In this document: piece by piece, positions 56,843 through 64,000 of the stretch
Layout of the letters: each line of letters starts with the position of its first letter
Numbering within the stretch: the first letter of the stretch is position 1
From: an uncultured Methanosarcinales archaeon
GTDB lineage: Archaea; Nanobdellota; Nanobdellia; Woesearchaeales; JAGWAF01
Direction of reading: 5' to 3'
Length of the DNA: 64,000 bases
Assembly (NCBI GenBank): GCA_964414985.1
Contig: CAYPXA010000002.1
Coordinates: 2,710-66,709, forward strand
Translations under genes and position numbers: made by a program
Notes under the pieces: generated by a model
The model's input: only the letters and a program-made list of their open reading frames with translations
The model's database searches: none
What the model was told of the DNA's origin: nothing

Positions 56843-56944
56843 TTTTTATCCCCCCAAATTGATTTTTTACAGGTAAAAGCGAATAAAAAGCTGTATATAA
56901 ACATTGCGGTTGTTTGCCTGCAACGAATTGATTCTTCCAGCTTC

Positions 56945-58642
56945 CTAGTTGTGCGTGAACCAGAATTCCAGCTTTGAAGGCGATTTTTTGTCAAGCCTTG
57001 CAAACGCAAGCCTTTCCATCTGGACTACATCCCCTTCTTTTGCCTTTGAAAGCCCTTCTTCAGCTATGCCTTCAATTATGCTGTTGTCAGGCATCCTTAT
57101 GCTTGCCTTAACAACAGGAGTGTCTCTTGAAAGCCAGTGGACTATCACATTGCCTGCATCTTTGTACTTCTCATACTCCACGCTGTGGAATATGAAGTTT
57201 TGGCCCTTCTTCACAAAATTGAGGCAGTCCATGAGCCTGTAAATATTTCCCTCGCTGAATTTCTTCAGGTCATCCCTTTCAACATAAAACCTTTCCTTGA
57301 CTTTGAAATTTCTCCCGCCTTTTTTTGTTTCAGGGTGCAGGTCAAGCTCAATCTCCTGTTCAGGAGCTCCTTCTATGTCAAGTTCAACAGGGTCTTTTAT
57401 GAAAAAATACCTCTGCGCACTTTCGTCAAGTATCTTCCTGTTTATTGCTGCAAGCACGCTGAAGTCAAGGTTTGTCTGGGTCTTTGACATTCCGCACGCT
57501 ACAGCAAGCTCGTAGAATGCATCCTTTACAATGCCCCTTCTCTTAAGCGCCCTTAGGGTGATAAGCTTCGGGTCGTCCCATCCGCTTGCTTCGCCGCTTT
57601 CAATCATCGCCCTGATTTCCCGTCCCTGTGTTACAGCGCCTGTTATGTTGAACCTTCCGTACTGCCTTATCTCCTGGTGCTGCAGGCCAAGAAGGTCCTG
57701 GATGTGCCTGTGGAGCTCAATCCTGTCCTGGAACTCATTGCTCCTAAGGACATGAGTTACTCCGCACAGCGCATCTTCTATAGGATTCTCAAAATCATAC
57801 ATTGGCCAAACCTTGAACTTTTTTCCCTGCCTGTAATGCTCTGCATCAACAATCCTCATTATGACAGGGTCCCTCATTACTGCATTCTTATGGTCCATGC
57901 TTACCTTGAGCCTGAGCGAGCATTCTCCTTCCTTGTACTTTCCTTCTTTCATGCCTTCCCAAAGCTCTTCAGTGTTTTTCTGGGCTCTGCATTTGCATTC
58001 CTCCATGCTTCTTCTCATTCTGGAGATGTCCTCGCTTTTGCAGAAGCAGACATATGCATTTCCTTTCTTAATCAGCTGCTCGGCATATGCATAGTACTTG
58101 GGCATGTTGTCTGATGCATAAACAGTCCTGTCAGGCTTTATCTCAAGGTATTCCAGGACATCCTTGTTCATTGCATCAACAAATTCCTGGCTTTCCTTTT
58201 CAGGGTTTGTGTCCTCAAACCTAAGGACAGCTTTTCCATTGTACTTTTTTGCATAAAGATAATTTATAAGAAAGCTTAGCGCGTGGCCAAGATGGTTGTA
58301 TTTTGACGGCTCTGGAGGAATCCTTGTCACAACCTTTCCATCTACTGCATTTGGCAGCTCAGGCAGCTCCTTCCTTTTCTCCTTCCTTTCCTTCTTCTGC
58401 TGCTTCTGCTCGTCAAAGTAATCCGGGTTTAGCTTGAGGATTTCTGCCTTCTGCTTTTCAAGCCCGAGCGAATTGACTTCCTTTACAATCTCTGAAATCA
58501 GCTTCATTGCAGCCTTTGCGTCCTTCCTAAGCTCTTCATGGCTTCCCATCAGCTTTCCGACTATTGCTCCAGGGTTTGCCTTTCCGCCGAACTTGACTGC
58601 GTTTTCAAGTACATGCTTCCTAATCTCAGATTCAATTGCCAT
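56945..58642 (-). CDS. gltX: Glutamyl-tRNA synthetase, archaeal/eukaryal type
   Basis: Motifs PEPSKYNHLGHA (HIGH) and RFEDTNPEKE. Archaeal-style N-terminal helical domain. Confidence 0.88.
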   Translation of the reverse strand: MAIESEIRKHVLENAVKFGGKANPGAIVGKLMGSHEELRKDAKAAMKLISEIVKEVNSLGLEKQKAEILKLNPDYFDEQKQQKKERKEKRKELPELPNAVDGKVVTRIPPEPSKYNHLGHALSFLINYLYAKKYNGKAVLRFEDTNPEKESQEFVDAMNKDVLEYLEIKPDRTVYASDNMPKYYAYAEQLIKKGNAYVCFCKSEDISRMRRSMEECKCRAQKNTEELWEGMKEGKYKEGECSLRLKVSMDHKNAVMRDPVIMRIVDAEHYRQGKKFKVWPMYDFENPIEDALCGVTHVLRSNEFQDRIELHRHIQDLLGLQHQEIRQYGRFNITGAVTQGREIRAMIESGEASGWDDPKLITLRALKRRGIVKDAFYELAVACGMSKTQTNLDFSVLAAINRKILDESAQRYFFIKDPVELDIEGAPEQEIELDLHPETKKGGRNFKVKERFYVERDDLKKFSEGNIYRLMDCLNFVKKGQNFIFHSVEYEKYKDAGNVIVHWLSRDTPVVKASIRMPDNSIIEGIAEEGLSKAKEGDVVQMERLAFARLDKKSPSKLEFWFTHN

Positions 58643-58749
58643 GCTTTTTAGTTATATGCCGTGTTTTATAAACTTTATTGAAAACATTAAATCAAAAAGT
58701 ATATAAACAGAATGAAGAACTAAACTTCATCAATATTTGAAGGTGCAAA

Positions 58750-58968
58750 ATGGCTCAAAAAAGGAACACGCTCATACCAAGGGCTCCTGCAGCAAGAATT
58801 CTGATTAAGGCAGGCGCGAAAAGGGTTTCTGCAGAGGCTGCAGAGGCGTTTGCAGCATACCTTGAGGAAGCAGGGCTCAAGATTGCAGAAGACTCCATCA
58901 AGGCAGCAAAGCATGCAGGCAGGAAGACAGTGCATGATTCTGACATAAGGCTTGCAGCAAGGCGATAG
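58750..58968 (+). CDS. Archaeal histone (HMf family)
   Basis: IPRAPAARILIKAGAKRVSAEAAEAFAAYLEEAGLKIAEDSIKAAKHAGRKTVHDSDIRLA matches the histone fold consensus. Confidence 0.88.
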   Translation: MAQKRNTLIPRAPAARILIKAGAKRVSAEAAEAFAAYLEEAGLKIAEDSIKAAKHAGRKTVHDSDIRLAARR

Positions 58969-58977
58969 TTCAGTTAG

Positions 58978-58987
58978 TTTTATAATA
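58978..58987 (+). promoter_or_regulatory. TATA-like box for tRNA-Ala
   Basis: TTTTATAATA lies about 25-30 nt upstream of tRNA position 1. Confidence 0.45.
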
Positions 58988-59011
58988 CTGCCATGTTTCT
59001 GCTTTTCACAC

Positions 59012-59100
59012 GGGCTGGTGGCGAAATGGTATCGCGCCGCATTGGCTAACTAAACAATCCAAACATGCGGAGGCTCCGGGTTCGAATCCCGGCCAGTCCA
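59012..59100 (+). tRNA. tRNA-Ala(GGC) with a 17-nt intron (59048-59064) at 37/38
   Basis: Cloverleaf folded by hand. Contains the G3:U70 alanine identity pair and the T-arm CCGGG-TTCGAAT-CCCGG. Anticodon stem is CCGCA/TGCGG. Exon TTGG pairs with intron CCAA. Confidence 0.85.
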
Positions 59101-59107
59101 TTTTTTT
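59101..59107 (+). terminator. Oligo-T terminator after tRNA-Ala
   Basis: A T7 run lies immediately 3' of the discriminator base. Confidence 0.5.
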
Positions 59108-59250
59108 GCCATGCTTTTTGCGCATGGATTTTTGATTTTAAGTTTTACATCAAGAAGCCGGGTGCATTTTGCTAATTGCATGCTATTCCATACATTTTAT
59201 TCCACAAAATATTTATAGTATCCTCCTTTTCTTTTTTAAGGGTGGTTTAA

Positions 59251-59733
59251 ATGAAGATACTGACTGTAGTTGTGCCGATAGTCGTGCATGAAGGAAAAGT
59301 CCTTATGCTTAAGAGAATCAAGCCGCCTTATGCAGGATACTGGTCTTTGCTCGGCGGAAAAATAGACTTTGGCGAGCATCCCGAGCAGTCTGCTGTCAGG
59401 GAGATAAGGGAGGAGGCAGGGATTGAGACAGAGCTTGTCAAGTTCAGGGGGATACTTTCTGAAGTAGTTAAAGACAAGGCTACAATGGAGAATGTCGAGC
59501 ACTTCATACTTTTTGTTTCTGAAATGAGGCCTAAAACTTTGGACATAAAAAGCTCTGAAGAAGGCGAGCTGAAATGGTTTGACATTGCAACTCTTGAGCA
59601 GAACAAGGGCATTGCTCCCAGCGATATAGAAATAGTAAGAAAGATACTCCAAAAAGAGGAAGGCATTCCTGTGCACAAGTCTGACGTGCTGAAGGATGGA
59701 CTTGCCTACTACTGCGAGGCGTTTGGGAAATGA
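59251..59733 (+). CDS. Nudix hydrolase
   Basis: Nudix box GGKIDFGEHPEQSAVREIREEAGI. Confidence 0.85.
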   Translation: MKILTVVVPIVVHEGKVLMLKRIKPPYAGYWSLLGGKIDFGEHPEQSAVREIREEAGIETELVKFRGILSEVVKDKATMENVEHFILFVSEMRPKTLDIKSSEEGELKWFDIATLEQNKGIAPSDIEIVRKILQKEEGIPVHKSDVLKDGLAYYCEAFGK

Positions 59734-60413
59734 ACCTTTACCTTTTTGATATGGATGACACTCTTTTGAATGTGCAGCATGTACATAAGGAGGCGTTTGA
59801 AACTTTTTTTAAGGAGGCTACAGGGACTGACAGCTCTTTCCAGAGAATGTTTGGGACTGAAGGTGAATTTGGAATTCCTCCAGGCATTGAAAGAACCACC
59901 CACAATCTCATAAGGCACGCTCTCAATGGAAGAGTGCCAGGCATAGAAATTGAGAGGAGCATGCAGAATGCAGTCGACTCAATGGTTTACTTGTACATGT
60001 CAAAGGTAAACCCTCTTTTCCTGCATTCAAATGTGCCTCATGTGCTTGACAGCCTCGGAGAATATGGGATGGTTGCAATGTTTACAGGAGGCGCAAGAAA
60101 AGTGACGCATGCAATACTGCAGAAGACAGGCATCCGCTCAAAATTCCAGCACATCTCAACATGCGATGACGCTCCAACAAGAAATGAGATTGTTGCGCAC
60201 GCAATAAAAAATGCATCGCTAGGGGTGAAATTTGACAAGATATTTGTAATAGGGGATGACATTGCAGATATTGAGGCTGCAAAGGCAAACAATGCAGTTG
60301 CAGTCGGTGTAGCAATGGGATTCAGCTCAAAGGAAGAGCTAAAGCAGGCAGGCGCAGACATAATAATTGAAGACTGGAAAGACTCGAAATGGGTCATGGA
60401 GAAGCTGAAATGA
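59730..60413 (+). CDS. HAD-superfamily phosphatase
   Basis: Motif I FDMDDTLL and motif IV IGDDIADIEAA. ATGA overlap with the upstream gene. Confidence 0.8.
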   Translation: MNLYLFDMDDTLLNVQHVHKEAFETFFKEATGTDSSFQRMFGTEGEFGIPPGIERTTHNLIRHALNGRVPGIEIERSMQNAVDSMVYLYMSKVNPLFLHSNVPHVLDSLGEYGMVAMFTGGARKVTHAILQKTGIRSKFQHISTCDDAPTRNEIVAHAIKNASLGVKFDKIFVIGDDIADIEAAKANNAVAVGVAMGFSSKEELKQAGADIIIEDWKDSKWVMEKLK

Positions 60414-60787
60414 AAGACTCTTTTGAAAATCTTGTTTTGAACATAAGGAAGTGCAGGAAGGAATGCCCCTGGATGAAAATGCAGACTCTTGAGAAGCATT
60501 CCAACGAGCTTTTTGATGAGCTAAATGAGGTTGTGCAGGCAATCAGAAACAATGACCCTGAAAATTTGAAGGAAGAGCTTGGCGACCTTCTCCACGATGT
60601 TCTCTGCCTTGTTGAATTTGCTTCTGAAAAATTCGGGTTTACTGCAAAGGATGTAATGGACGGAGTAACAAAGAAAATGGTCAGGAGAAAGCCATGGGTT
60701 TTCGGGAATGAGAAGGCAGAAACTCCTGAAGCAGCTGTAAAAAGATGGAATGAAATCAAGAAGCTTGAGAAGGAGGGAAAAATATGA
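60410..60787 (+). CDS. mazG: MazG-type nucleoside triphosphate pyrophosphohydrolase
   Basis: CPWMKMQT...ELFDELNEVVQAI...EELGDLLHDV...RRKPWVF. The ATG at 60410 forms an ATGA overlap (the track start 60389 is less likely). Confidence 0.8.
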   Translation: MKDSFENLVLNIRKCRKECPWMKMQTLEKHSNELFDELNEVVQAIRNNDPENLKEELGDLLHDVLCLVEFASEKFGFTAKDVMDGVTKKMVRRKPWVFGNEKAETPEAAVKRWNEIKKLEKEGKI

Positions 60788-61245
60788 TTATTCCTGCACA
60801 TTCAGAAGTTACCCGTGATTTTGTTGTTACAGTTTATATTGTAAACAACGAAAAAGTGCTTTTGATGCACCACAAAAAGCTGGGCATGTGGCTTCCTCCC
60901 GGAGGGCATATTGACCCAAATGAGCTTCCGACAGAAGCTGCGATAAGGGAGGCAAAGGAAGAAACCGGCCTTGACATTGACCTTGCCGGCGAGCAGACTG
61001 ACTACGGGCCTGTTGTTGTGCTTCATCATCCCAAATTTTTAAAGCTGGAAGACATCAAGCCCGGCCACCAGCACATAGACCTTGTTTATTTTGGCAGGAT
61101 GAAAGACCCTAAACAGAAGATTGTATTCAATGAGCACGAGTCAAATGACCTTAGGTGGTTTTCAAGGGATGAACTGGATGCTGTTAATACAGTTGACCCT
61201 ACTATTTCTATACAGGCAAAAAAGGCAATGGATGAATTAAAATGA
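60784..61245 (+). CDS. Nudix hydrolase (second copy, different subfamily)
   Basis: Nudix box PGGHIDPNELPTEAAIREAKEETGL. Confidence 0.85.
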   Translation: MIIPAHSEVTRDFVVTVYIVNNEKVLLMHHKKLGMWLPPGGHIDPNELPTEAAIREAKEETGLDIDLAGEQTDYGPVVVLHHPKFLKLEDIKPGHQHIDLVYFGRMKDPKQKIVFNEHESNDLRWFSRDELDAVNTVDPTISIQAKKAMDELK

Positions 61246-61796
61246 AGATTGCATTTGTTACAGGAAACAGGAACAAGTTTGAGGAAGACAAGGAGATTCT
61301 TGCGCAGCACGGCATTGAAATAGAGCATATCCAAATGGACCTGCCAGAGCTTCAGGCAGACCCCCAGGAGATTGCAAGGCACAAGGCAAAGTTTGCAGCT
61401 GAAAAGGCTGGAGTTGCCTGCTTTGTTGACGATACTGCACTCTGCTTCAATGCCCTTAACGGGCTTCCAGGAGAATACATCAAATTTTTTGTAGAAAAGC
61501 TGGGCCTTGATAACCTGGTCAAGCTGCTTGCAGGCTTTGAGGACAAGACTGCAAAGGCAATGGCAGTTATAGGATACTGTGAGCCTGGCAAAGAGCCTGT
61601 TGTTTTTGAGGGAGTTGTCAAAGGCACAATTGTTGCTCAGCGCGGGAAAAGGTTTGCATGGGACCCTATTTTTGTGCCTGAAGGATTCAGCCAGACCTAT
61701 GCTGAAATGCCTGTCTCCGAAAAGAATAAAATATCCCACAGGAAAAAGGCAGTCGACAAATTTGCAGAATATCTTAAGAAAGAGGTGCTGAAATGA
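61242..61796 (+). CDS. Ham1/ITPase-family non-canonical purine NTP pyrophosphatase
   Basis: Motifs FVTGNRNKFEE, DDTALCFNALNGLPGEYIKFF, FAWDPIF and KNKISHRKKA. Confidence 0.88.
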   Translation: MKIAFVTGNRNKFEEDKEILAQHGIEIEHIQMDLPELQADPQEIARHKAKFAAEKAGVACFVDDTALCFNALNGLPGEYIKFFVEKLGLDNLVKLLAGFEDKTAKAMAVIGYCEPGKEPVVFEGVVKGTIVAQRGKRFAWDPIFVPEGFSQTYAEMPVSEKNKISHRKKAVDKFAEYLKKEVLK

Positions 61797-62209
61797 ATGA
61801 TGCCAGCAAATGCTTGTTTTGCAGGATAATAAAAGGAGAGATTCCGTGCTCAAAGGTTTATGAGGATGAGAATTCCATTGCATTCCTTGACATCAGCCCT
61901 GTCAATAAAGGCCATGTTCTTGTCCTGCCAAAAAGCCATTTTGAAACAATCATAGATATTTCTGATGATGCGCTTTGTGCAGTATCAAAAGCATCAAAAA
62001 AGGTTGCAGCTGCTGTCCAGAAGGCGACAGGCTGCGATGGAATATCAATTTTGCAAAGCAACCTCCAGGCAGCAGGACAGGCTATAGACCACTATCACGT
62101 TCATGTCATTCCACGCTTTCATTCAGACGGGCTGAAGCACTGGCCGCAGGGAAAGTATGCCGAAGGAGAGGCAGCTGCTGTTGCTGACAAAATAAGGGGC
62201 AGATTATAA
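61793..62209 (+). CDS. HIT-family (histidine triad) nucleotide hydrolase
   Basis: Motifs CLFCRII and HYHVHVIPR. Confidence 0.88.
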   Translation: MNDASKCLFCRIIKGEIPCSKVYEDENSIAFLDISPVNKGHVLVLPKSHFETIIDISDDALCAVSKASKKVAAAVQKATGCDGISILQSNLQAAGQAIDHYHVHVIPRFHSDGLKHWPQGKYAEGEAAAVADKIRGRL

Positions 62210-62255
62210 AATTAAAATTGCGAGTGGGATACTTTTAAAATTCAGCTTTAACAAA

Positions 62256-62537
62256 ATGAAAAAATTAAAATTAATTTTAGGGGCTTTTGCTCTTTTTTCA
62301 GCAATGTTCATAATTTTTCTTTTTGAGATTTCATCAGGCAATAAGCCTGAATGCCATATCGATGAGATGGGCAGTGTTGATGAAGCCTGCCCTGGAGAGC
62401 TTTACTGCAACGAGGCCACTTTGAATGAAAGGACTGGCAAGGCAGAATGCCATACCTACCAGCAGTGCGTGGATTCAGGTGCGCCTTCAACAGGAGGGCC
62501 GGATTACCGCCCAAGAACATGTTTTGCAGGCATATAG
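62256..62537 (+). CDS. Small secreted or anchored Cys-rich protein (93 aa)
   Basis: N-terminal hydrophobic segment, with six Cys in the mature part. Confidence 0.5.
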   Translation: MKKLKLILGAFALFSAMFIIFLFEISSGNKPECHIDEMGSVDEACPGELYCNEATLNERTGKAECHTYQQCVDSGAPSTGGPDYRPRTCFAGI

Positions 62538-62563
62538 CCCTATTAGTTTTATTTAACAAAAAC

Positions 62564-62573
62564 TTTTATAAAT
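62564..62573 (+). promoter_or_regulatory. TATA-like box for tRNA-Met
   Basis: TTTTATAAAT lies about 26-35 nt upstream of tRNA position 1. Confidence 0.45.
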
Positions 62574-62598
62574 GAAACCCTGTTCTCATTGGTTAAAT

Positions 62599-62723
62599 GC
62601 CGCTGTAGCTCAGCCTGGTTTAGAGCGCTACGCTCATATGTTTTTGAGCGATGAGGCGAAAGCCGATGATTACAGCTTTACTGAGGCACGTAGAGGTCGT
62701 GGGCTCGAATCCCGCCAGCGGCA
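62599..62723 (+). tRNA. tRNA with CAU anticodon (elongator Met, or Ile2) carrying a 49-nt intron at 37/38
   Basis: Acceptor GCCGCTG/CAGCGGC, D-arm GCTC/GAGC, anticodon stem CTACG/CGTAG, loop CTCATA|intron|A, T-arm GTGGG-CTCGAAT-CCCGC. It is not initiator-like (G1:C72, and no 3xGC in the anticodon stem). Confidence 0.85.
62639..62687 (+). ncRNA. tRNA intron containing a K-turn (box C'/D'-like) motif and a D box
   Basis: AUGA (62651-54), then a GGC-GAAA-GCC hairpin, then GAUGAUU (62665-71), with CUGA at 62681-84. See the findings. Confidence 0.45.
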
Positions 62724-62810
62724 CTATTTTTCTTTTGTTTTCTTTTATTTTAGTTTTCTTTATCGCTTTTATTTTTTTCTTGCTTTGTTTTTTTGCTGTT
62801 TTCTTTTTTT
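62724..62810 (+). terminator. Long T-rich tract downstream of tRNA-Met (multiple oligo-T terminators)
   Basis: Nearly pure pyrimidine/T runs (tttttcttttgttttcttttattttag...). Confidence 0.45.
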
Positions 62811-62968
62811 TGCAAAACCAAACATTTATAAACAGCCCCCTTGCCCTTTCCGCTTCGTGAGTGAAGACAGCTGCGTACCTTTGGATTGATTCTGGGTATT
62901 TTCAGCGTCTTAAATGAAGGCTTGAAATAGCTAAAGCGATGAAAATATTCGGGAAAAGGTTCGAATGA

Positions 62969-63139
62969 ATGGATGAGAAGCGCAGCACAGCAAAAGGCAG
63001 GTTTTGGACTGCGCTGGTCTATATCCTTTGGCTGCTCACTGCTGCAAACTGGCTTAGGTCAGGCAAGATTGACTTAAGCGTTCTTGCAGTCACTTTCGGC
63101 GCGACATACATGATTGCAAAAAAGCATAATTTCAGCTAA
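62969..63139 (+). CDS. Possible small membrane protein (56 aa)
   Basis: MDEKRSTAKGRFWTALVYILWLLTAANWLRSGKIDLSVLAVTFGATYMIAKKHNFS has two hydrophobic segments. The RBS is weak. Confidence 0.3.
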   Translation: MDEKRSTAKGRFWTALVYILWLLTAANWLRSGKIDLSVLAVTFGATYMIAKKHNFS

Positions 63140-63153
63140 AACGGAGGGGAAGC

Positions 63154-64000
63154 ATGAATGGTATATGGATGTCAGAACATTTCAGGTCAAGAAAGCCGTC
63201 AGCAATCAGGCTGGCGCAAATTGAATTTGCAAAAAGAAAAGATAATGTGAGGGAAATAAATACTGCTATAGGCAATGTCTCACTGCCGATGCATCCTTTG
63301 CTCCAAAAAAGGATGTTCAGCCTTAATTCTGCGGAAAGCCCTTTTAATGCAGGAGTTGTCAAGTATTCTGCAACAGTCGGTATGCCTGAGGCAAGAGACG
63401 CTTTCTTAAACATAATCAGGGCGAGCGGGTGCAGCACAGACAGGCTTTTTGCGCAGATAACAGACGGAGGCTCACAGGCGATGGAGCTTTTGATTATAGG
63501 TTGCTGCGGGCCTGCAGGCACTGATGAAAAGCCATTGCTTTTGATTGATGCTGCATACACAAACTACAAGGCGATGGCATCAAGGCTTGGAAGAAGCATA
63601 ATCTCAATAGCCAGGCGCCTTGAGGACAATGGCAAATTCACGCTTCCGGAGCTTAGTGAAATAAAAAAGATTATAGCAGAGAAAAATCCTGGCGCTATTG
63701 TGGTGATACCTTATGACAACCCAACAGGCCATTTTTACGACCACAGCACAATGGTGGAGCTGGGAAAGCTCTGCGTTGAAAAAAACATATGGATGATAAG
63801 CGACGAAGCATACAGGGAGCTTTTTTATACAGGCTCAAAACCTTCGAGCATATGGGCATTGACAGAAGAGGAAGTGCCTGGAATAACCGGAAGAAGGATA
63901 AGCATAGAAACCTCCTCCAAGGTATGGAATGCATGCGGCCTTAGAATAGGCGCTCTTGTTACAGACAGCCAGGAATTTCATGAAAAATCTGTTGCAGAAA
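63154..64000 (+). CDS. Class I/II PLP-dependent aminotransferase (3' end outside the window)
   Basis: GGAGGGG RBS. Patterns NPTGHFY, SDEAYREL and SSKVWNACGLRIG (PLP-lysine context). The frame is open to the window end. Confidence 0.8.
   Translation, partial: MNGIWMSEHFRSRKPSAIRLAQIEFAKRKDNVREINTAIGNVSLPMHPLLQKRMFSLNSAESPFNAGVVKYSATVGMPEARDAFLNIIRASGCSTDRLFAQITDGGSQAMELLIIGCCGPAGTDEKPLLLIDAAYTNYKAMASRLGRSIISIARRLEDNGKFTLPELSEIKKIIAEKNPGAIVVIPYDNPTGHFYDHSTMVELGKLCVEKNIWMISDEAYRELFYTGSKPSSIWALTEEEVPGITGRRISIETSSKVWNACGLRIGALVTDSQEFHEKSVAE

Noticed and set aside
61086-61883. 265-aa minus-strand ORF
   Set aside because: It is antisense to the Nudix, Ham1 and HIT genes, all of which carry diagnostic motifs on the plus strand.
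62639-62687. Full canonical box C/D sRNA (C, D', C', D with two 12-nt guides) in the tRNA intron
   Set aside because: Only one well-formed K-turn and one convincing guide are present. The element upstream of CUGA (UUACAGCUUUA) matches the tRNA over only 6 nt (G4-A9), with no known target. I therefore report it as a half-mer or K-turn guide candidate and not as a complete sRNA.
62572-62889. Track ORFs of 105 aa and 69 aa
   Set aside because: They overlap the tRNA(CAU) gene and then translate the T-rich terminator tract into poly-Phe/Leu.

Overview
The window is an archaeal chromosome segment. Archaeal markers include a group II chaperonin (thermosome), an HMf-type histone, the FtsZ-SecE-Spt5-uL11 cluster, Elp3, archaeal-type GluRS and CMP kinase, and two tRNAs with bulge-helix-bulge introns. 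Gene packing is tight, with many 4-nt ATGA stop/start overlaps. This style and content suggest a small-genome, possibly DPANN-like archaeon, but that assignment is inference only.

Bases 1-38,302 form a cell-surface island:
- Two giant, sequon-rich, membrane-anchored proteins (at least 4,090 aa, truncated at the window edge, and 4,578 aa).
- Two mid-size paralogous anchored proteins.
- Three tiny DNA-binding genes (two RHH, one AbrB/SpoVT-like), each overlapping the start of a secreted-protein gene and each preceded by palindromic sites.
- A MinD/ParA ATPase plus a CxxC...CxxxC mini-protein, followed by a P-type cation ATPase.

Embedded in the island is a clostridial-type [FeFe]-hydrogenase module (NuoE-like, NuoF-like, HydA). 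It is bracketed by two same-orientation copies of a roughly 97-nt MITE-like repeat with inverted termini. The window holds four copies of this repeat, and two of them carry a second palindromic module.

The right half is mostly housekeeping, with some notable items:
- A six-gene, fully overlapping operon of nucleotide house-cleaning hydrolases (Nudix-HAD-MazG-Nudix-Ham1-HIT).
- A tRNA-Met(CAU) whose 49-nt intron contains a K-turn (box C'/D'-like) motif and an antisense element that places wobble C34 at the +5 methylation position.
- A uL11 with a roughly 85-aa C-terminal extension.
- An AT-rich YdjM-type gene.
- A protein with two degenerate LAGLIDADG-like motifs.

I found no rRNA, CRISPR array, transposase or integrase. 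All calls rest on reading the translations and the DNA by eye; no searches were run.
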